Part shown: positions 10,811-23,565 of the stretch, in pieces
Numbering within the stretch: the first letter of the stretch is position 1
How the letters are laid out: every line of letters starts with the position of its first letter
Assembly: GCF_018977255.1 (NCBI RefSeq)
Contig: NW_024704743.1
Coordinates: 68,822,001 to 68,886,000 of the forward strand
Direction: 5' to 3'
DNA from: Callorhinchus milii
Taxonomy: Eukaryota
DNA: 64,000 bases
The notes under the pieces: generated by a model
Seen by the model: only the letters and a program-made list of their open reading frames with translations
What the model was told of the DNA's origin: nothing
Database searches by the model: none
Program-made: the position numbers and the translations under genes

Positions 10811-11937
10811 TAGTGTTTGGTTTTCCCAAGATAGAAACTATAGCTTAAGCGATAAATAGGTATACATATGTAAGTCACTGTATCACAATGGAATGAGGGC
10901 CTACAGACAGCAGTGTGGGAAGGAATGAAGGGAGAGCCACTTGCTGTGAATGCAAGACAAAAGTATGTGCATCTGGCTGAGTTGGTAGCACATTTTCTTG
11001 CCAGAAGTTTTTTGGTTTGCATCCCAAGTTTGGATTTTGAACTCATAGTGTAGACTGACAAAATAACAAAAAATTGCATTTATATAGAGCCATTTGTGCA
11101 GGATAGTGTCTTGGGAGTGTGAAGTGCTGCTCCACCTTGAACTGAGGGTGTGCTGTATTGTTGGAGGTGGGTTCTTCAGATGAGATAAGATATTAAACTC
11201 AGACTTTAACCTCTTGGTGGGAAGTGCATTTCACCTTCCTGTTTTAAAGATAAACATTAATTTACAGCTCGGGCATATCCAATGTGGGTGTAAATAACTA
11301 ATATTAAATGGAAAATGTTACAGTGTAGCCATAGTAAAGGGTTAAGAATTGAGGCCAGGACTGTATACAAGTTCGAAAAACATTTTTATTTTAAAATTCC
11401 ACTTAGCAGCAATTGAATCTGCAAATTAAGGGAAGGCAAAAATATCATTACGTATTTTCTAATAAAATTAGAATGTTTTTCCTTTGAATATCTCCTATGC
11501 GTTAGTAGAAGAATGCCACTGAAATCTACTATGCATTAGACCATGATTAAAACAAGGCAAACATCTTTGTAAATTAAGTGATTATATGACTAAGTTTAGG
11601 GAGGCAGGAGAAAGACTACTGGAGTAGCAGGATATAGTCCCAACTCCCAAATAACCTGAAAGCAGTTTGCTAATGAGAATGTAAAACAAGTTCTCTATTT
11701 TTAAATAAAAAGAAGTGCTTCCGAACATCTGGCCCATCATACAAATACATTACATGCATTTCACTCCACTCCAGTGCTAATAAAAGTGGAACATTCAGAC
11801 TTAACAGTCTGTTAACTGGTTTATCTTACGGAGTGTTTCATTTATAGCAGTGCTTATTCTGGACATAATGAATTTTCACAATAACAAAAGTAGAGAAAAT
11901 AGGCAACTCCCAGATTAATAATGTCATGATCGTACTC

Positions 11938-12690
11938 AACAACAACAAGATTCCATTTATAGAGCGCCTTTCACATCGGGAGGACGTCCCAAGGCGCTGT
12001 ACAGTGGGGTCAGGACCCGAGCAGGGGGGAAATGGTCAGGGTGAGGGGAGGGAAGGGAGGGAGCGAGGAGGGGGTACAGAGTCGAGAGGGGAGCTGAAGG
12101 CACGGTCAAGGAGAAAGGTCTTGAGACCGGCCTTGAAGGAGGAAAGGGAGGAGGCGGCGAAGGCACTGGGGGATAGAGTTCCAGAGCCTCGGGGCTGAGA
12201 GGCTGAAGGCCCGGCCACCGATGGTAGGGCGGTTGGGGCGGGGGATGTGGAGCAGACCGGAGCCAGAGGAACGGAGGGTACGGGCGGGTAGGTAGGGGGA
12301 TAGTAGGTCGGAGAGGTAGGAGGGAGCAAGGCCGTGAATGGCCTTGTAGGGGAGGATGAGGATCTTGAATTCGATCCTCTGGGGGATGGGGAGCCAGTGG
12401 AGGCGAGCGAGGGTGGGAGTGATGTGGTCCCGAAGCCTGGTCCGGGACAGTACACGAGCTGCAGAGATCTAAATGACCTGCAGCTTGTGGAGGGAGGTCC
12501 CGGGAAGGCCGGCGAGGAGAGAGTTCCCATAGTCCAGCCTTGAGGTGACAAAGGCGTGGACCAGAGTTTCAGCAGCGTGAGGGGTGAGGTAGTGCCGTAG
12601 TCTGGCGATGTTCCGGAGGTGATGGAAGGCAGTACCAGTTGTGGCGCGGATGTGGGGAAGAAAGGACAGCTCAGGGTCGACAGAACATCG
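11938..12690 (-). mobile_element. Young L2 LINE 3' fragment (~750 bp)
   Basis: Near-identical to 30955-31825; L2 ORF2 C-terminus plus (GTT)n tail. Confidence 0.93.
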
Positions 12691-13306
12691 AACAGAACAG
12701 TTTCAGCATCACTATTAAGGCAGTTTGTGCATTAGGGGAGGGGGATTTTAGAATGCTCATTTACTGCTGGAAAGAAATGAACTCAGTCTCCTAGCATGCA
12801 TATTGTCTAGCACAGCGACAGAAAACAGAGACAGGTCTGACTCAGTACTTTGTGCTACTATAGCAAAAGTCAGATGAATTCAAACTACAACAGTCAGAGA
12901 AGTATGCAGAGCCTTAGAAATAAGACTTAAAAATAATTCTGGAGGCATGCTTTTTTTAATAACTTTTCTCTCCAGTTAATTACTAGACCATTGTGAAAAT
13001 TAGAAAAATTGCACGCATAAAAACAATCAAATTAATTCCAGTTACCTCCAGCTTGAATGATTAGTTGCACCAAATGTTAAAACAAAAATAATTGAAATCC
13101 CATTGAAATAAGGCAGCTTTGTACATCTGATTGCTTGCCAGAGACTGATTCATTTGGTTAGGATATTAATAATGTAAGGGGTGATAAGATTTGAAATAAG
13201 CAAGTGAATCAATTCTATTTCAAACACAAGCTCTAAAGAAAAAGCTCCTAAGCAACTATAACAATAAGCATTATTGTTTTCACAGGATAGAGTGCGATTG
13301 TTGGTG

Positions 13307-13565
13307 TTAATTTGCTTCACAGAATCCTCGGATCTTCTCTGCCAGATCCAGACAGAACAAGGTATGTTTCATTTCAGAGTTGACATGCTCCAAGGGTACT
13401 TCACCCAATAGCTTCTGGGCAAACAGATTGAGATCTTGCATGAAAATTCCAACATTCTCCTTAGGTGCATCAGGTATATGTTCCAAAATGCCACATTCAA
13501 AATGGAAATTAATATTTTTGCCCCGTTTTAAATCTGGTCCTCTCTCTTCAATCCAGGTTAAAGGC
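13307..13565 (-). CDS. BLVRA: Biliverdin reductase A, last coding exon
   Basis: Acceptor TTTTTCTCTGTTTTTAG|G. Encodes (R)PLTWIEERGPDLKRGKNINFHFECGILEHIP..IFMQDLNLFAQKLLG..LFCLDLAEKIRGFCEAN*, matching the human PLSWIEEKGPGLKR..IFLKDQNIFVQKLLG C-terminus. Confidence 0.97.
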
Positions 13566-14152
13566 CTAAAAACAGAGAAAAATGTGAAATCTGTTTGTGG
13601 TTCTGTTGATTCATATCCCACCTCACAAATCCTTATGATATGTTGGATGAACAAATGTTACTCAACATGGAATCAGTTTTGTTCTGTTTACGGCCCCAGG
13701 CACAAAATTCCTCAAGATCTTAGCCTTAAAAATTTGACATTGTGCAGAATCTCAGTGGGGAAAAAAAATCTTCATTTTAAGTCGTTTTTNCATAATTGTT
13801 CAAAAAGAACTCACAGAAACCACTTCTAAATAAAGATCAAGTTGAAAAATTTTCCAAAAATTCTACAAGATTGTAAATTTTAAGGCAACTCTAAAGTTAA
13901 AACCAGATGAATTTCAGGTCTAAGGTTATCATTGTATACATATAACAGGATTTAAACACCAATATGGGAATACGTACAAGCAAGGGATGGAACAATTCCT
14001 ACAGGAGAAAAACTCTTCCACTTCTCTCCAGTGAGAGAGAATAACGTCAATTCAGCACAATATAAATGCCGAGTTAAATTTAGACCCTTTATCAATCGAC
14101 TTCAATCAGCAAAATAGTACACCATCATTTGAAGTGCAATACAATTACTCAC

Positions 14153-14324
14153 CGGTTTGTTTTAGTTTGGAAATGTGCCGTCAGCTTTGAGTAGCGTTCA
14201 TTTTGTTGCTCTTCCAATGTAGCAGACGTAACAGTGAGTTCCCCAAAGAGGTCTACGAGCCATGAAATACGAGCTATCCCACTGAAGGCAAGGAATCCAG
14301 TGCGTTGCTTATCGAGAGCACTCC
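14153..14324 (-). CDS. BLVRA: Biliverdin reductase A, coding exon 5 (172 nt)
   Basis: TTTTAG| ... |GTGAGT. Encodes (G)SALDKQRTGFLAFSGIARISWLVDLFGELTVTSATLEEQQNERYSKLTAHFQTKTN(R); phases 1 and 2 fit the neighbouring exons. Confidence 0.97.
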
Positions 14325-14534
14325 CTAAAACACAACCAGAGCTACATGTATGGCCTATACCTTGGACTTTTTTCTATTGGCTCCCATTGTACTCCTTCAA
14401 CATAAGTGGACAAAAGTAATTTGATTGGCATAGCACCAAAACACAGCTTTTAAAAGAGTATTAAACGTATATTTGAAAAGGAGATATATAAAAAGGTATG
14501 TGAATAAGGTGGGGATAGGACAAGCTCTTTCAGA

Positions 14535-16035
14535 TATAAAAACAGTAATCGCTGGGAACACTCAACAAATCAGGCAGCATCTATGGCGAAAGGAAAGTTT
14601 TGGGTTCACGACTGGCACCTCCCTCCTGCTCGTCCCTCGTCCCACCATTGGAGGTCGAGCTTTCAGTGGAACTGGGGAATGTTGGGAGGGAGAGGTTTTA
14701 AGGGCTAACAGAGGGGGGGGGGGCCGGGCAAGGAAGACAAAGGAGAAAATGGGGTAGAGGACAGGGGGTGATGGGTTAAAGAGGTGTTAATTATGCAAAA
14801 CAAAGAAGGGCAGCAGAGGCAGACCAAAGAGAGAAAAGGTGTGTCTGGGATGCAGATGATGTGCTAATGGTCACAGAAGAGGGGGAAGGGGAAAGTAAGC
14901 TGTTATGGGAGATGGGAAGATGGAAGCTGTTCTTATGGTATGAAATTGTTGAAATCAATATTGAGACCAGAGGGCAGTAAGGTCTCTAGCAGATAAATGA
15001 GGTGCTGTTCCTTGAGCTTGCGCTGTACTTCATTGGTACAGAGTAGGAGACCATGGATGGAGAGGTCAGAGTGGGAAGGAGAGTTTAAGTAGCAAGAAAC
15101 CAGAAGCTCAGGGTTGTGCTTGTGACCAGAATGGAGGTGTTCGGCAAATCGATCAACCGATCTGCATTTGTTCTCCCCAATGTAGAGGAGACCATATCCT
15201 GTGCAGCGAATACAGTATACTACAACAACAACTTGCACTTATATAGCACCCTCCTCACAGGGCACTATATAGTGTCTCAGAGCGCTTAACAGTGGCAGAG
15301 CCATGGGTGGGGCTGGGGGGAGGTGGCCGCAAGCACTGTTGAAGAGGAAGGCTTTCAGGCGGGACTTGGAAAAGGGGAGGGGGCAAGGCGGAGAGATTCG
15401 GGGCATTGTGTCTAACAGTGCGACGAGGGATGGTGGGACGAGGGACGAGCAGGAGGTCGGTGCCAGAGAGGTAGGGAGGTGCCAGAGAGTGAAGGGATTT
15501 GAACACGAGAGTGATGATCCGTTTGGTGATGGGGAGCCAGTGGAGCCTGGGCCAGAACTGGTGAGATGTGGGCACGGAGTTTGGTTCGGGTCAGTATGCG
15601 GGCGGCAGAGTTCTGAATGAGCTGGAGCTTTTGAATAGTGGAACTGGGGAGACCGATAAGGAGTGCATTTGAATAATCCAGGTGGGAGGTAACAAACACA
15701 TGTACTAGGGTTTCGGCTGCATTTAGGGTAAGGACGGAGGTGGGCAATGTGGCGGAGGTGGAAGAAGGCGTCCTGGTCCGGGACCGGATGTGGGGGAGGA
15801 AGGGTAGTTGGGGGGGGGTGGCAATCGAACCAGGCGCCTAAATTGCACATTGGTTCGGTGAGTCTGAGGGAGAGCTCAGGGAGGTTGAGGAGTTTAGATC
15901 CGCACGTTGACGGGAGCCAAGGAGTATTCAGCTGCAGGAAGTTGAAGGTTCTACTACATTGGTGGTAGTACACATAAATCATTTTCTCACTTGAAAACTG
16001 TGTTTGGGGCCCTGGACAATGGTATGGGAATGGTA
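14535..16035 (-). mobile_element. Penelope-like element 3' part (GIY-YIG endonuclease C-terminus + pLTR), split by an L2
   Basis: ORF 14933-15238 VVYCIRC..LLYIGE..DRFAEHL..RKLKEQHLIYLLETLLPSGLNIDF is a Penelope GIY-YIG domain. The sequence resumes at 15952-16035. pLTR-like GCTGGGAACACTCAACAAATCAGGCAGCATC at ~14550. Confidence 0.88.
15225..15951 (-). mobile_element. L2 LINE fragment inserted in Penelope with 7-bp TSD
   Basis: ORF 15412-15747 [40 protein letters not shown] is duplicated at 15218-15224 and 15952-15958. Confidence 0.92.
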
Positions 16036-16049
16036 CCACCAACACCTGC

Positions 16050-16452
16050 TCTCCTCACCCTGACACATTCCCAAGCCAGCGCAGGAGATGCAATACCTGC
16101 CCTTTCACCTTCTTCCATACCATTGTCCAGGGCCCCAAACACACTTCTTTAACCCCAAAACATTTTTAAAAAATAAAATTGGTCACTTCAATCCACGAGT
16201 GTTTGTGGGACACTGCTGTGCGCAATTGGCTGCCACGTTTCGCCCACAAATATACAGTCAATTCACTTTAGAGTATATTCTGTGAAACGTTTTGAGATGT
16301 CTAGAAGACATGAACAGCCCGAATCAAATGCAAGGATTATTATTATTATCCTCGGTCCTCCACCCATTTTTCCTTTAGTCTTTCTTGCCCTGCCTCCCCC
16401 CTTCTCTGTTAGACCTTAAAAGCCTCTCTCCCAAACATCCCCAAGTTCTGAT
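16050..16452 (+). mobile_element. Inverted Penelope fragments with a SINE 3' half (~16150-16350) between them
   Basis: 16115-16145 is the reverse complement of 15998-16030, and 16350-16450 is the reverse complement of ~14670-14765. Confidence 0.8.
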
Positions 16453-17028
16453 AGTTCAACTGTTTTCAAGGGTTGTGAGTAATTTTGATATTTTCTGGAT
16501 TTGATAACAAAATATCATTCACAACTGGTTTAAGATTTAAATCACTTATATCACTCTAGTGGACTGACTTAATGTGCCTTTCCTAAGCTTCAAATGCCTG
16601 CTGTTGTTCATCTATGTAGCCTAGTTCCTATGCCTCTGTTTACCCAGCAGTAAATAGGAACCCAGTCGTTAGTCGATTAGCGGATCGTTTTTTCGGAGGA
16701 AATAGTTCCTTAAATTTTTTTTTAAAAAATCATAAATTGGTCACTCAATCCATGACTGTTTGTGGGACACTGCTGTGCATAATTGGCTGCCACGTTGTGC
16801 CCACAAAATATACAGTCAATTCACTTTACAGTATATTCTGTGAAGCGCTTTGAGATGTTTCAAAGATGTGATAAGGCTCTATATCAAATGCAAGGTTTAT
16901 TATTATCATGATTATTATTACTGCCTTAACTGATTTTGGTCATATCATTCAGATGCAACTAAGGAGTTTTCACTTAACAGACAGGATTTTTGTCATTTAC
17001 AGTCCAGGGGTTTAGCCGCTGCAATCAC

Positions 17029-17136
17029 CTGTGAAATGAAGCGTTCCCTTCAACAGCTCTTTCCCACTCACTTCCCGCTTCAGTTGTTTGTAATCTGCTG
17101 TCAGTAGCTCTATGTGCTCCTCGTGCAGAATCTTTC
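17029..17136 (-). CDS. BLVRA: Biliverdin reductase A, coding exon 4 (108 nt)
   Basis: CCCAG| ... |GTGATT. Encodes (G)[35 protein letters not shown](G), with the conserved LHEEHxELL motif. Confidence 0.97.
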
Positions 17137-18007
17137 CTGGGTTTTGTAAAGAGAAATAATATCATACACACAGCATACATTGCAAGCCACTCGTCTACGC
17201 CCTTATCCATATCGACTCATGTTACCAGAATGCAGCTGCCCCACTATTTGCCAGAGGAAATGGGAGGATTGAACGGGCTCCTAGAGCAATTCTTTAAACT
17301 CTAACTGAGACAGTGACTTGTTTGAAAGAAAAACAGATTGCATGGCATATGTCTGGTGGTAAGGTGCTGTTGTTTTTGGATGTTAGGTTTATATAAACAC
17401 TTTTTAAATGTAAATCTATCAAATTAAAACTACTGAAGGAAAAAATGGCCAAATCAGATTTTAAAACCAGACTGATAGCATTTCTCCCTGTTTCACTGTC
17501 CTTTGCCTGAACTTTTATAGCCTTGAATAGCCATCAAGGCAACTCATCAATAATCACTATGACCTAGCATGTCTTGCATTGCGACTGTTATAGATTGAAT
17601 TATTGGAATTCCCATGCAGATCTAAAGATCACAACTAGGAATAACTTGGCAATGGCAGCAAGTCATGAGCCTATCCTCCCCAGCTGCTTTGAACTGCAAT
17701 TTGAAAAGAACAAAAACTCTGTGAGAATGGTTACAAAATGAAAACAGAAGCTGTAAAGCAAAATTATCTGAACCGTGACATGTTGGTTAAACGTGTAAAA
17801 ATCGTCTCTGCAGTATCGTATTCAAGTCGAGATTTTTTGCAGCAAGGAACAAGGGGTCATGCAAGTCCAAGGTTAAGTTCCCTGGGTTAAGTTCCATGCT
17901 TGTAATGGCTACCATTAGCGCTGACATATTTTTAATTCTTAATCCACAGAGAAGCGGGGTGAGGCAGTTGTCATATGACTTTTTAGTCCATTACTTCATC
18001 CAATTAC

Positions 18008-18105
18008 CTTTTGCAGCAGCAAGGTCCCACAGTTCATGGGCAGCAGCAGCTGACAGTGCCATGGGGTATTCCACACACACATGCTTCCCCGCTTCCAGGA
18101 ATTTC
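18008..18105 (-). CDS. BLVRA: Biliverdin reductase A, coding exon 3 (98 nt)
   Basis: GAAAAG| ... |GTAATT. Encodes (R)[32 protein letters not shown](G), with the AGKHVxVEYP signature. Confidence 0.97.
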
Positions 18106-19882
18106 CTTTTCAATAATAAGAAAACACTTTGGAATTAATTCATTTGTTAACAAACTGAAGCAGCTCAGCATTTCTGCGCTTTACTTCCACATGTGTAAGG
18201 TATTATTTTCTCCTTATTCGCTTTCTCTTGATCTCACCAAACCTCGCATCCTGACACAGTCAGGCAGGCCATCTGCTCCAAAGCCTCCGCTAATAACCAG
18301 TTGCTAGGAGACAGTCAGAGAAGCCTGAGGGCAACTTATTTTCCAACTCATCTCTCCAACCCTGCGACCCGCCCCCGCCCCCCGCGGGAAATTGCCAGAT
18401 CTCAGTTTGTCGGCTCTTAAAAACAGCAAGGGCGGAGGGGGGGGCAAGGTGTCACCATGCGGAGATTTACAACGGGAATTCACGTCCTGTAATGTACTGT
18501 CATCCTGTCATCTACTGGGTATGCTAGAAATTCAAGTGCAATGGAGGCAATTTGTGGAGATTATCAGGAATATTAACCAATTACACGCATTAAAGTACCA
18601 ATAGCAGATATTAAAGAAATTGATTTTAATTTAAACCGCTCCTCTTGTCAGTCTCTTGATTTTTTCCAGCTGAGAGGAAAGCCATATAATCCCTGGTTTC
18701 TACTTATTCTGCAAAAGAGCAGCCAAGGGAGGTATGAGAGGTCAGCCCAAGGAGGCTGATCAGCCAGTTTACTGGGCAAAAATTCAGCAAATGTCAACAG
18801 TACTTTGCCACCTTAAGACTTGATCTCTTTAATGCTTTCTGGGTCAGCTTTTCTAGATTATTCAGAACTCTGCAGCTTGTATGTCTTAATAATAATAATA
18901 ATAATCCTTGCATTTTGATATAGCGCTTTTCACGTCTTCTAGACGTCCCAAAGCCCTTCACAGAATATACTGTAAAGTGAATTGACTGTATATTTGTGGT
19001 CTTCCCAGTATCTTCTTCCACTCTAAGCTCCCAACCCCATCACTTCAACCCCTCCTGGCTCCACTCCAGCACATCAACTTCAGGATTTCTCTTTCTGACT
19101 GTCAAATGTTTTCACCTTAACTCAGCAATCTCTTCTAGCTCCTATACCCTGTCCATTCGCTCTACCTTCAGCCACTATGGACCCCATTCTCAGGAACTAA
19201 CCAAATCCTTCCACTTGCACCCTTCCTATTTGCCTTGAAAATTCAAATTTAAAAAATTGCGCCTTCAGTCAACTCCTTCTTTACTCCTCCTCGTTCCCAC
19301 CTTGTTCAGGTTTCCACTCTGCCTCTGTAAAGTGCTTTAAAACGTTTCCTTATATTGAAGGATGCTACAAACATGTAAGTTGTTGTTGTTACAGGTTGGT
19401 AAATGAGGGAAGAATCTAGCCTTGGAGTCTTCCGCAGACAACCAGAGGACCATAACCCTTTGTTCTGGGATCAGAATTTGCAGGGTTAGAAATTTTGGTC
19501 AAGTTAAGTGTCGTCTTTTAACTCTGCTATGCTTGATTGAGAGAGGACAGCTGAGCAGGCCTATTTTGGGCAGGAAGAACTATCTCCAAGTGAACCTTGT
19601 TTATAAGCAGGTTATAACAGTTAATGGAGTTCTCCAATGGCTGAAGTAAGTGATCCAGTATCATGCATTCTGATAGATATTCTTTTAAATTCGGGAATAA
19701 TTAATTATTATTATTATAACCAATGAGATACAAGAAGGAAGTATAAAATGGATTCTGGGAATGTAACTGGAGTTGTAGGGTTATGGCTGGAGCAATGGAC
19801 TATTGGGAGCTGATAATAAAAGAGTTACTTAATATACCAGTGTTATGGATTGAGAATCACTCCATCTTAAAGTTATGGAGTT

Positions 19883-20193
19883 GTGGAGTCCTGTAGCTCA
19901 GTGGTTAGAGCACTTGCTTTGCAAGTGAGAGACCTGAGTTCAATTCCAGGCAGGGGGCGAAACCTTGGGCAAGTTTCCTTACTCCACACAGAGCCTAATA
20001 ATAATCCCTCCAAAAACCCCAAACAATAATAAATTGGTCAATTTCCAATCTACGACTGTTTGTGGGACACTGCTGTGCGCAATTGGCTGCCGCGTTTTGC
20101 CCTCAGGATATACAGTCAATTCACTTTACAGTATATTCTGTGAGCACTTTGAGACGTCCTCCCGACGTGAAAAGCGCTATATCAAATGCAAGG

Positions 20194-20225
<32 letters not shown>
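19883..20225 (+). mobile_element. Full-length young tRNA-derived SINE (BLVRA intron)
   Basis: tRNA head with TTGCAA anticodon loop, family body, long (ATT)n tail. Confidence 0.92.
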
Positions 20226-20576
20226 GAGGTTTTCAACTAGGTAGCAGCTGTGGTGATAGAAAGGAACCTTGGTATCAGGAAGAGCCTCCCCCTCTGGGTT
20301 TCCCTCATCCAGACTGTGCTCAGTGTTTCTCCTTTCCTCCGCTCCTGGATACCTAGGTTTGTGTGTAGAACTGTGGGCTAAAAACATGCTTTATCTAAAA
20401 CACCTTACAGCGTATTAGGAAATATAAAAACAAATGGATGGGCTTAACTGCACTTCTATGTGGAAATAATTGTAATATCAATCAAAATTGAAGAGCCCAT
20501 GTGGTCTCTTTAACAGCTTGTTTTGTTGGCTTGTGACCCACTGTAGCCCTATTAAAACAGGCCTGGTGCTCAGTAC

Positions 20577-20696
20577 CTGACATACTCCTCATGCAGCTGG
20601 TTCTCCAGGCAGATGATGGCAGCCTGCACTTCACTGCTTTCGAGAGCTTCCCCCAATGAAATCTGCTTCAGCTGCAGGACACTGCTCAGCGTTTGC
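20577..20696 (-). CDS. BLVRA: Biliverdin reductase A, coding exon 2 (120 nt, phase 2-2)
   Basis: CAATAG| ... |GTACTG. Encodes (R)QTLSSVLQLKQISLGEALESSEVQAAIICLENQLHEEYV(R), matching human QISLEDALSSQEV..IC..HEDYIR. Confidence 0.95.
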
Positions 20697-21953
20697 CTAT
20701 TGATTGGGCGAAAAGATCACAGCAATATGGTTTAGTCTGATAAGACCACAGAACACAAACTGAGCTTCACCACAAACTTAGCAAAATAATAACTGTAAAG
20801 TGTTGATGAATAAGTCTAGTCACTGCGCTTCTCTGTAATTACTGTAAAGTTTTTAAGACACTAATATTATCGGAGCTAGATTAAATGCAAGGATTATTAT
20901 ATTTTCCTCCTCACATCCAGTTCCTTTCATACAATACATTTTACATTTATTTCGCACTTTTCATGTCAGGAGCATGTCCCAAAGCACTTAACAAGTATAC
21001 CACAATAGGTTTCACCCACGAAATATACAAGTCACTACACTTTACAGTATATTCCATGAAGCACTTTGAGACATCTCAAATATGTGATAGGAAGCTATAT
21101 CAAATGCAAGGAATATTATTATTATATAGATTACATTTGTATAGTGCCTTTCATGTCGGGAGGACATCTCATAGCGCTAGGTTGATCTTTTCTCCCATTA
21201 GTGCCATTAGTGGTGCCACCTTCCTGTCACTCACCCTGCTGTCTCACACCTCCCACTCCGCTACTGATTTCCACCGAATATTTTTTTAAGATTGATCTAA
21301 AAAAAATGTAACTTGCGACTGGTTTGCATATCTGGTGGGATAACCCAATGCATGAGCTGAATGTAGTTTCCAACACTAGACCAGCAACCCATTCAAGAGT
21401 CAAGGCAGATACTTAAGCTTTTTGATTACAAAACTCTCAGTCACTACAATTTGCAGTATATCCTTTGAAGTGCTTTGAGACATCCTCCTCATGTGAAAAG
21501 AGCTATATCAAAGACAAGGATTGTTTTTTTCTAGTACAGATAAAACACCCCAACCCTGGAAATCTGAACTAAAAGCAAAACATGTTGGAACTGCACAAGT
21601 GAAACATTATTGAAAGATGATATGCTGCCATTTTTGGCATAACCTTTCCTTACATTCTTGAGAGTCACTCCTGCAACATTAACTTATTTTTCTCTTAAAG
21701 TTTTTTCAGTCCAATTCTGTAGCGAGAGAAAACGAATAACAAATTTTCACTTGGGGAGTGCAATTTTTTTGAAAGGAGTATTGGAACATCAGTGACATTC
21801 TTTTTGAAAAAGATGCAAAGAAAGACATAGCTTATGTTTGAAATGTTGTATATAGGAATACAACCATAAAAGCAAGGGAGAGGAGAGAGGATGGAAGAAC
21901 GGGGAATTTATTTGTTAACAGTAGTTACAATATAATAATTCTTGCATTTGATA

Positions 21954-22263
21954 TAATAATAATAATCCTTGCATTTGATATAGCGCTTTTCACGTCGGGA
22001 GGACATCCCAAAGCGCTTCACAGAACACACTGTAAAGTGAATTGACTGTATATTTGTGGGCGTACGCGGCAGCCAATTGCGCACAGCAATGTCCCACAAA
22101 CAGTCGTAGATTGAAAATGACCAATTTATTATTGTTTTTGGAGGGATTATTATTAGGCGTGTGGAGTAAGGAAACTTGCCCAAGGTTTCGCCCTGCCTGG
22201 AATTGAACTCAGGTCTCTCGCTTGCAAAACGAGTGCTCTAACCACTGAGCTGCAGGACTCCAC
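21954..22263 (-). mobile_element. Full-length young tRNA-derived SINE (BLVRA intron)
   Basis: Reverse complement of the 19883-20225 copy. Confidence 0.92.
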
Positions 22264-22399
22264 ATAGCGCCTTATCACAGCTTTGAGAGTCTCAAAGAAT
22301 ACACTGTGAATTGACTGTATATTTTGTGGGCGAAACACAAAATGGCTTAATTTTAGCATTTTTCTCCAGTCTTGGGAATTTGAACATATAAAATCCAGG

Positions 22400-22470
22400 C
22401 CAGGGTGGTCCAACATTTTGGTTGCTGAGGGCCAGATGCTAGTTTTAAGAAACATCTGCGGGCCGCATAA
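22400..22470. mobile_element. hAT (Charlie-like) MITE terminal fragment
   Basis: CAGGGTGGTCCAAC terminus and GCGGGCCGCA subterminal motif; aligns to the reverse complement of 24770-24837. Confidence 0.65.
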
Positions 22471-23549
22471 GCAATATTGTTGTTTCCCTTCCAGGAACAA
22501 CAATAGCAAATTACATTATAGGGCCTTTCCCGTCAGGACATCCCAAGTTGCTGAATGCTACGTAATGACATGCTGTGCAAATTAGCTGCCATGCTTGCCT
22601 ACAAATTATGCAGTTACTACTCTTTACAGTAGTTGCGTATATTCTGCAAAACACTGAGTTCTTCTGATGTGAAAGGCACTACATCAAATGTTATTATTAT
22701 AATATATACCCATTGGAAGATTTCAGAAATCGGAATTAGCTCATATCATCCCGTCTGCTAATGTAGCTGCCGTTGGATATGGCTCACAGACAATAAATCA
22801 GGGTCCTGCAAGTTTTGCCTTGAACGAGAAGACCACTTAGGAAAAGAACATTGTGGTCTATCTACCTGGCTCCAAAGTAAAAATAACAAATTATCCTATA
22901 CTTCTCTCTCATACTCTCTTATAGCCCTCAATTAATATTTGTTAACAAATAGCTATCTAATTCTACCTCATGTTTGCTGACAGGACATCCTTGCTATAAT
23001 TAAGCATTTTTGGGGACAGATTGAAAGTTGTGCCATGACCTTTTGGCAACAGATTTGGTGTTAAGGCCATGAGTGGGTCCTGGGGGGGAGCAAGAGGAGG
23101 GATGCGGACCCATCTATGGCCTGATGCTATCAGTTTACGTGCAGGATGGAGAGATTCTGGGCTTGCTCGTAGCCTTTATACCTGCGGCTACTCCCTCACC
23201 ACCTGACCTGGCTTCTCCTGGTTGGCCAGTGAATGCCTGCCAGGTTATACTCCCTGACAGTTACAGGTCAATCTGGTTTCTCTCTTTGGTTAACCTGTAG
23301 CAAATCATACAAGATGGAAGCAACCTTTGGTCTTCCCTTCACTAGCACGTGGCTGGGTCAACAGTCGGGGAAATGTCCTCTGTCATTAACAGTAGCAGTG
23401 AATATTAAACAGTATCACTGCAAGAGTCTGCATTGCGGGTTCATTCCAACATGTTTTGTGCCAAGACTGCTGTGCCAGCCTAGATTCAACCATTCATCCA
23501 AAGGAGAAAAACAAGATTGAGCGAGGATCTTGGTCAAACCTCTGTGAAG

Positions 23550-23565
23550 TGCTGCCCTCTGGTGC
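23550..23565 (-). promoter_or_regulatory. Candidate CTCF site
   Basis: GCACCAGAGGGCAGCA closely matches the CTCF core consensus; motif match only. Confidence 0.35.

Noticed and set aside
12955..12960. ATTAAA (minus) as the BLVRA poly(A) signal; AATAAA at 11385-11390 is an alternative
   Set aside because: Cannot choose between them without 3'-end data in AT-rich sequence.
13566..13654. N-terminal part of ORF 13307-13654
   Set aside because: Intronic read-through upstream of the acceptor at 13566-13567; BLVRA similarity starts at PLTW.
13790..13790. Ambiguous base n
   Set aside because: Assembly ambiguity in an intron, not a biological feature.
14590..14675. Penelope-associated minimal hammerhead ribozyme
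   Set aside because: The position is compatible, but the CUGANGA/GAAA core is mutated and interrupted by an L2 fragment; the 16440-16452 copy is truncated.
15239..16045. Long Pro/Ser/Gly-rich ORFs over L2 copies (also 12036-12551, 31148-31642, 57943-58662)
   Set aside because: Alternative or antisense frames of L2 sequence, not host genes.
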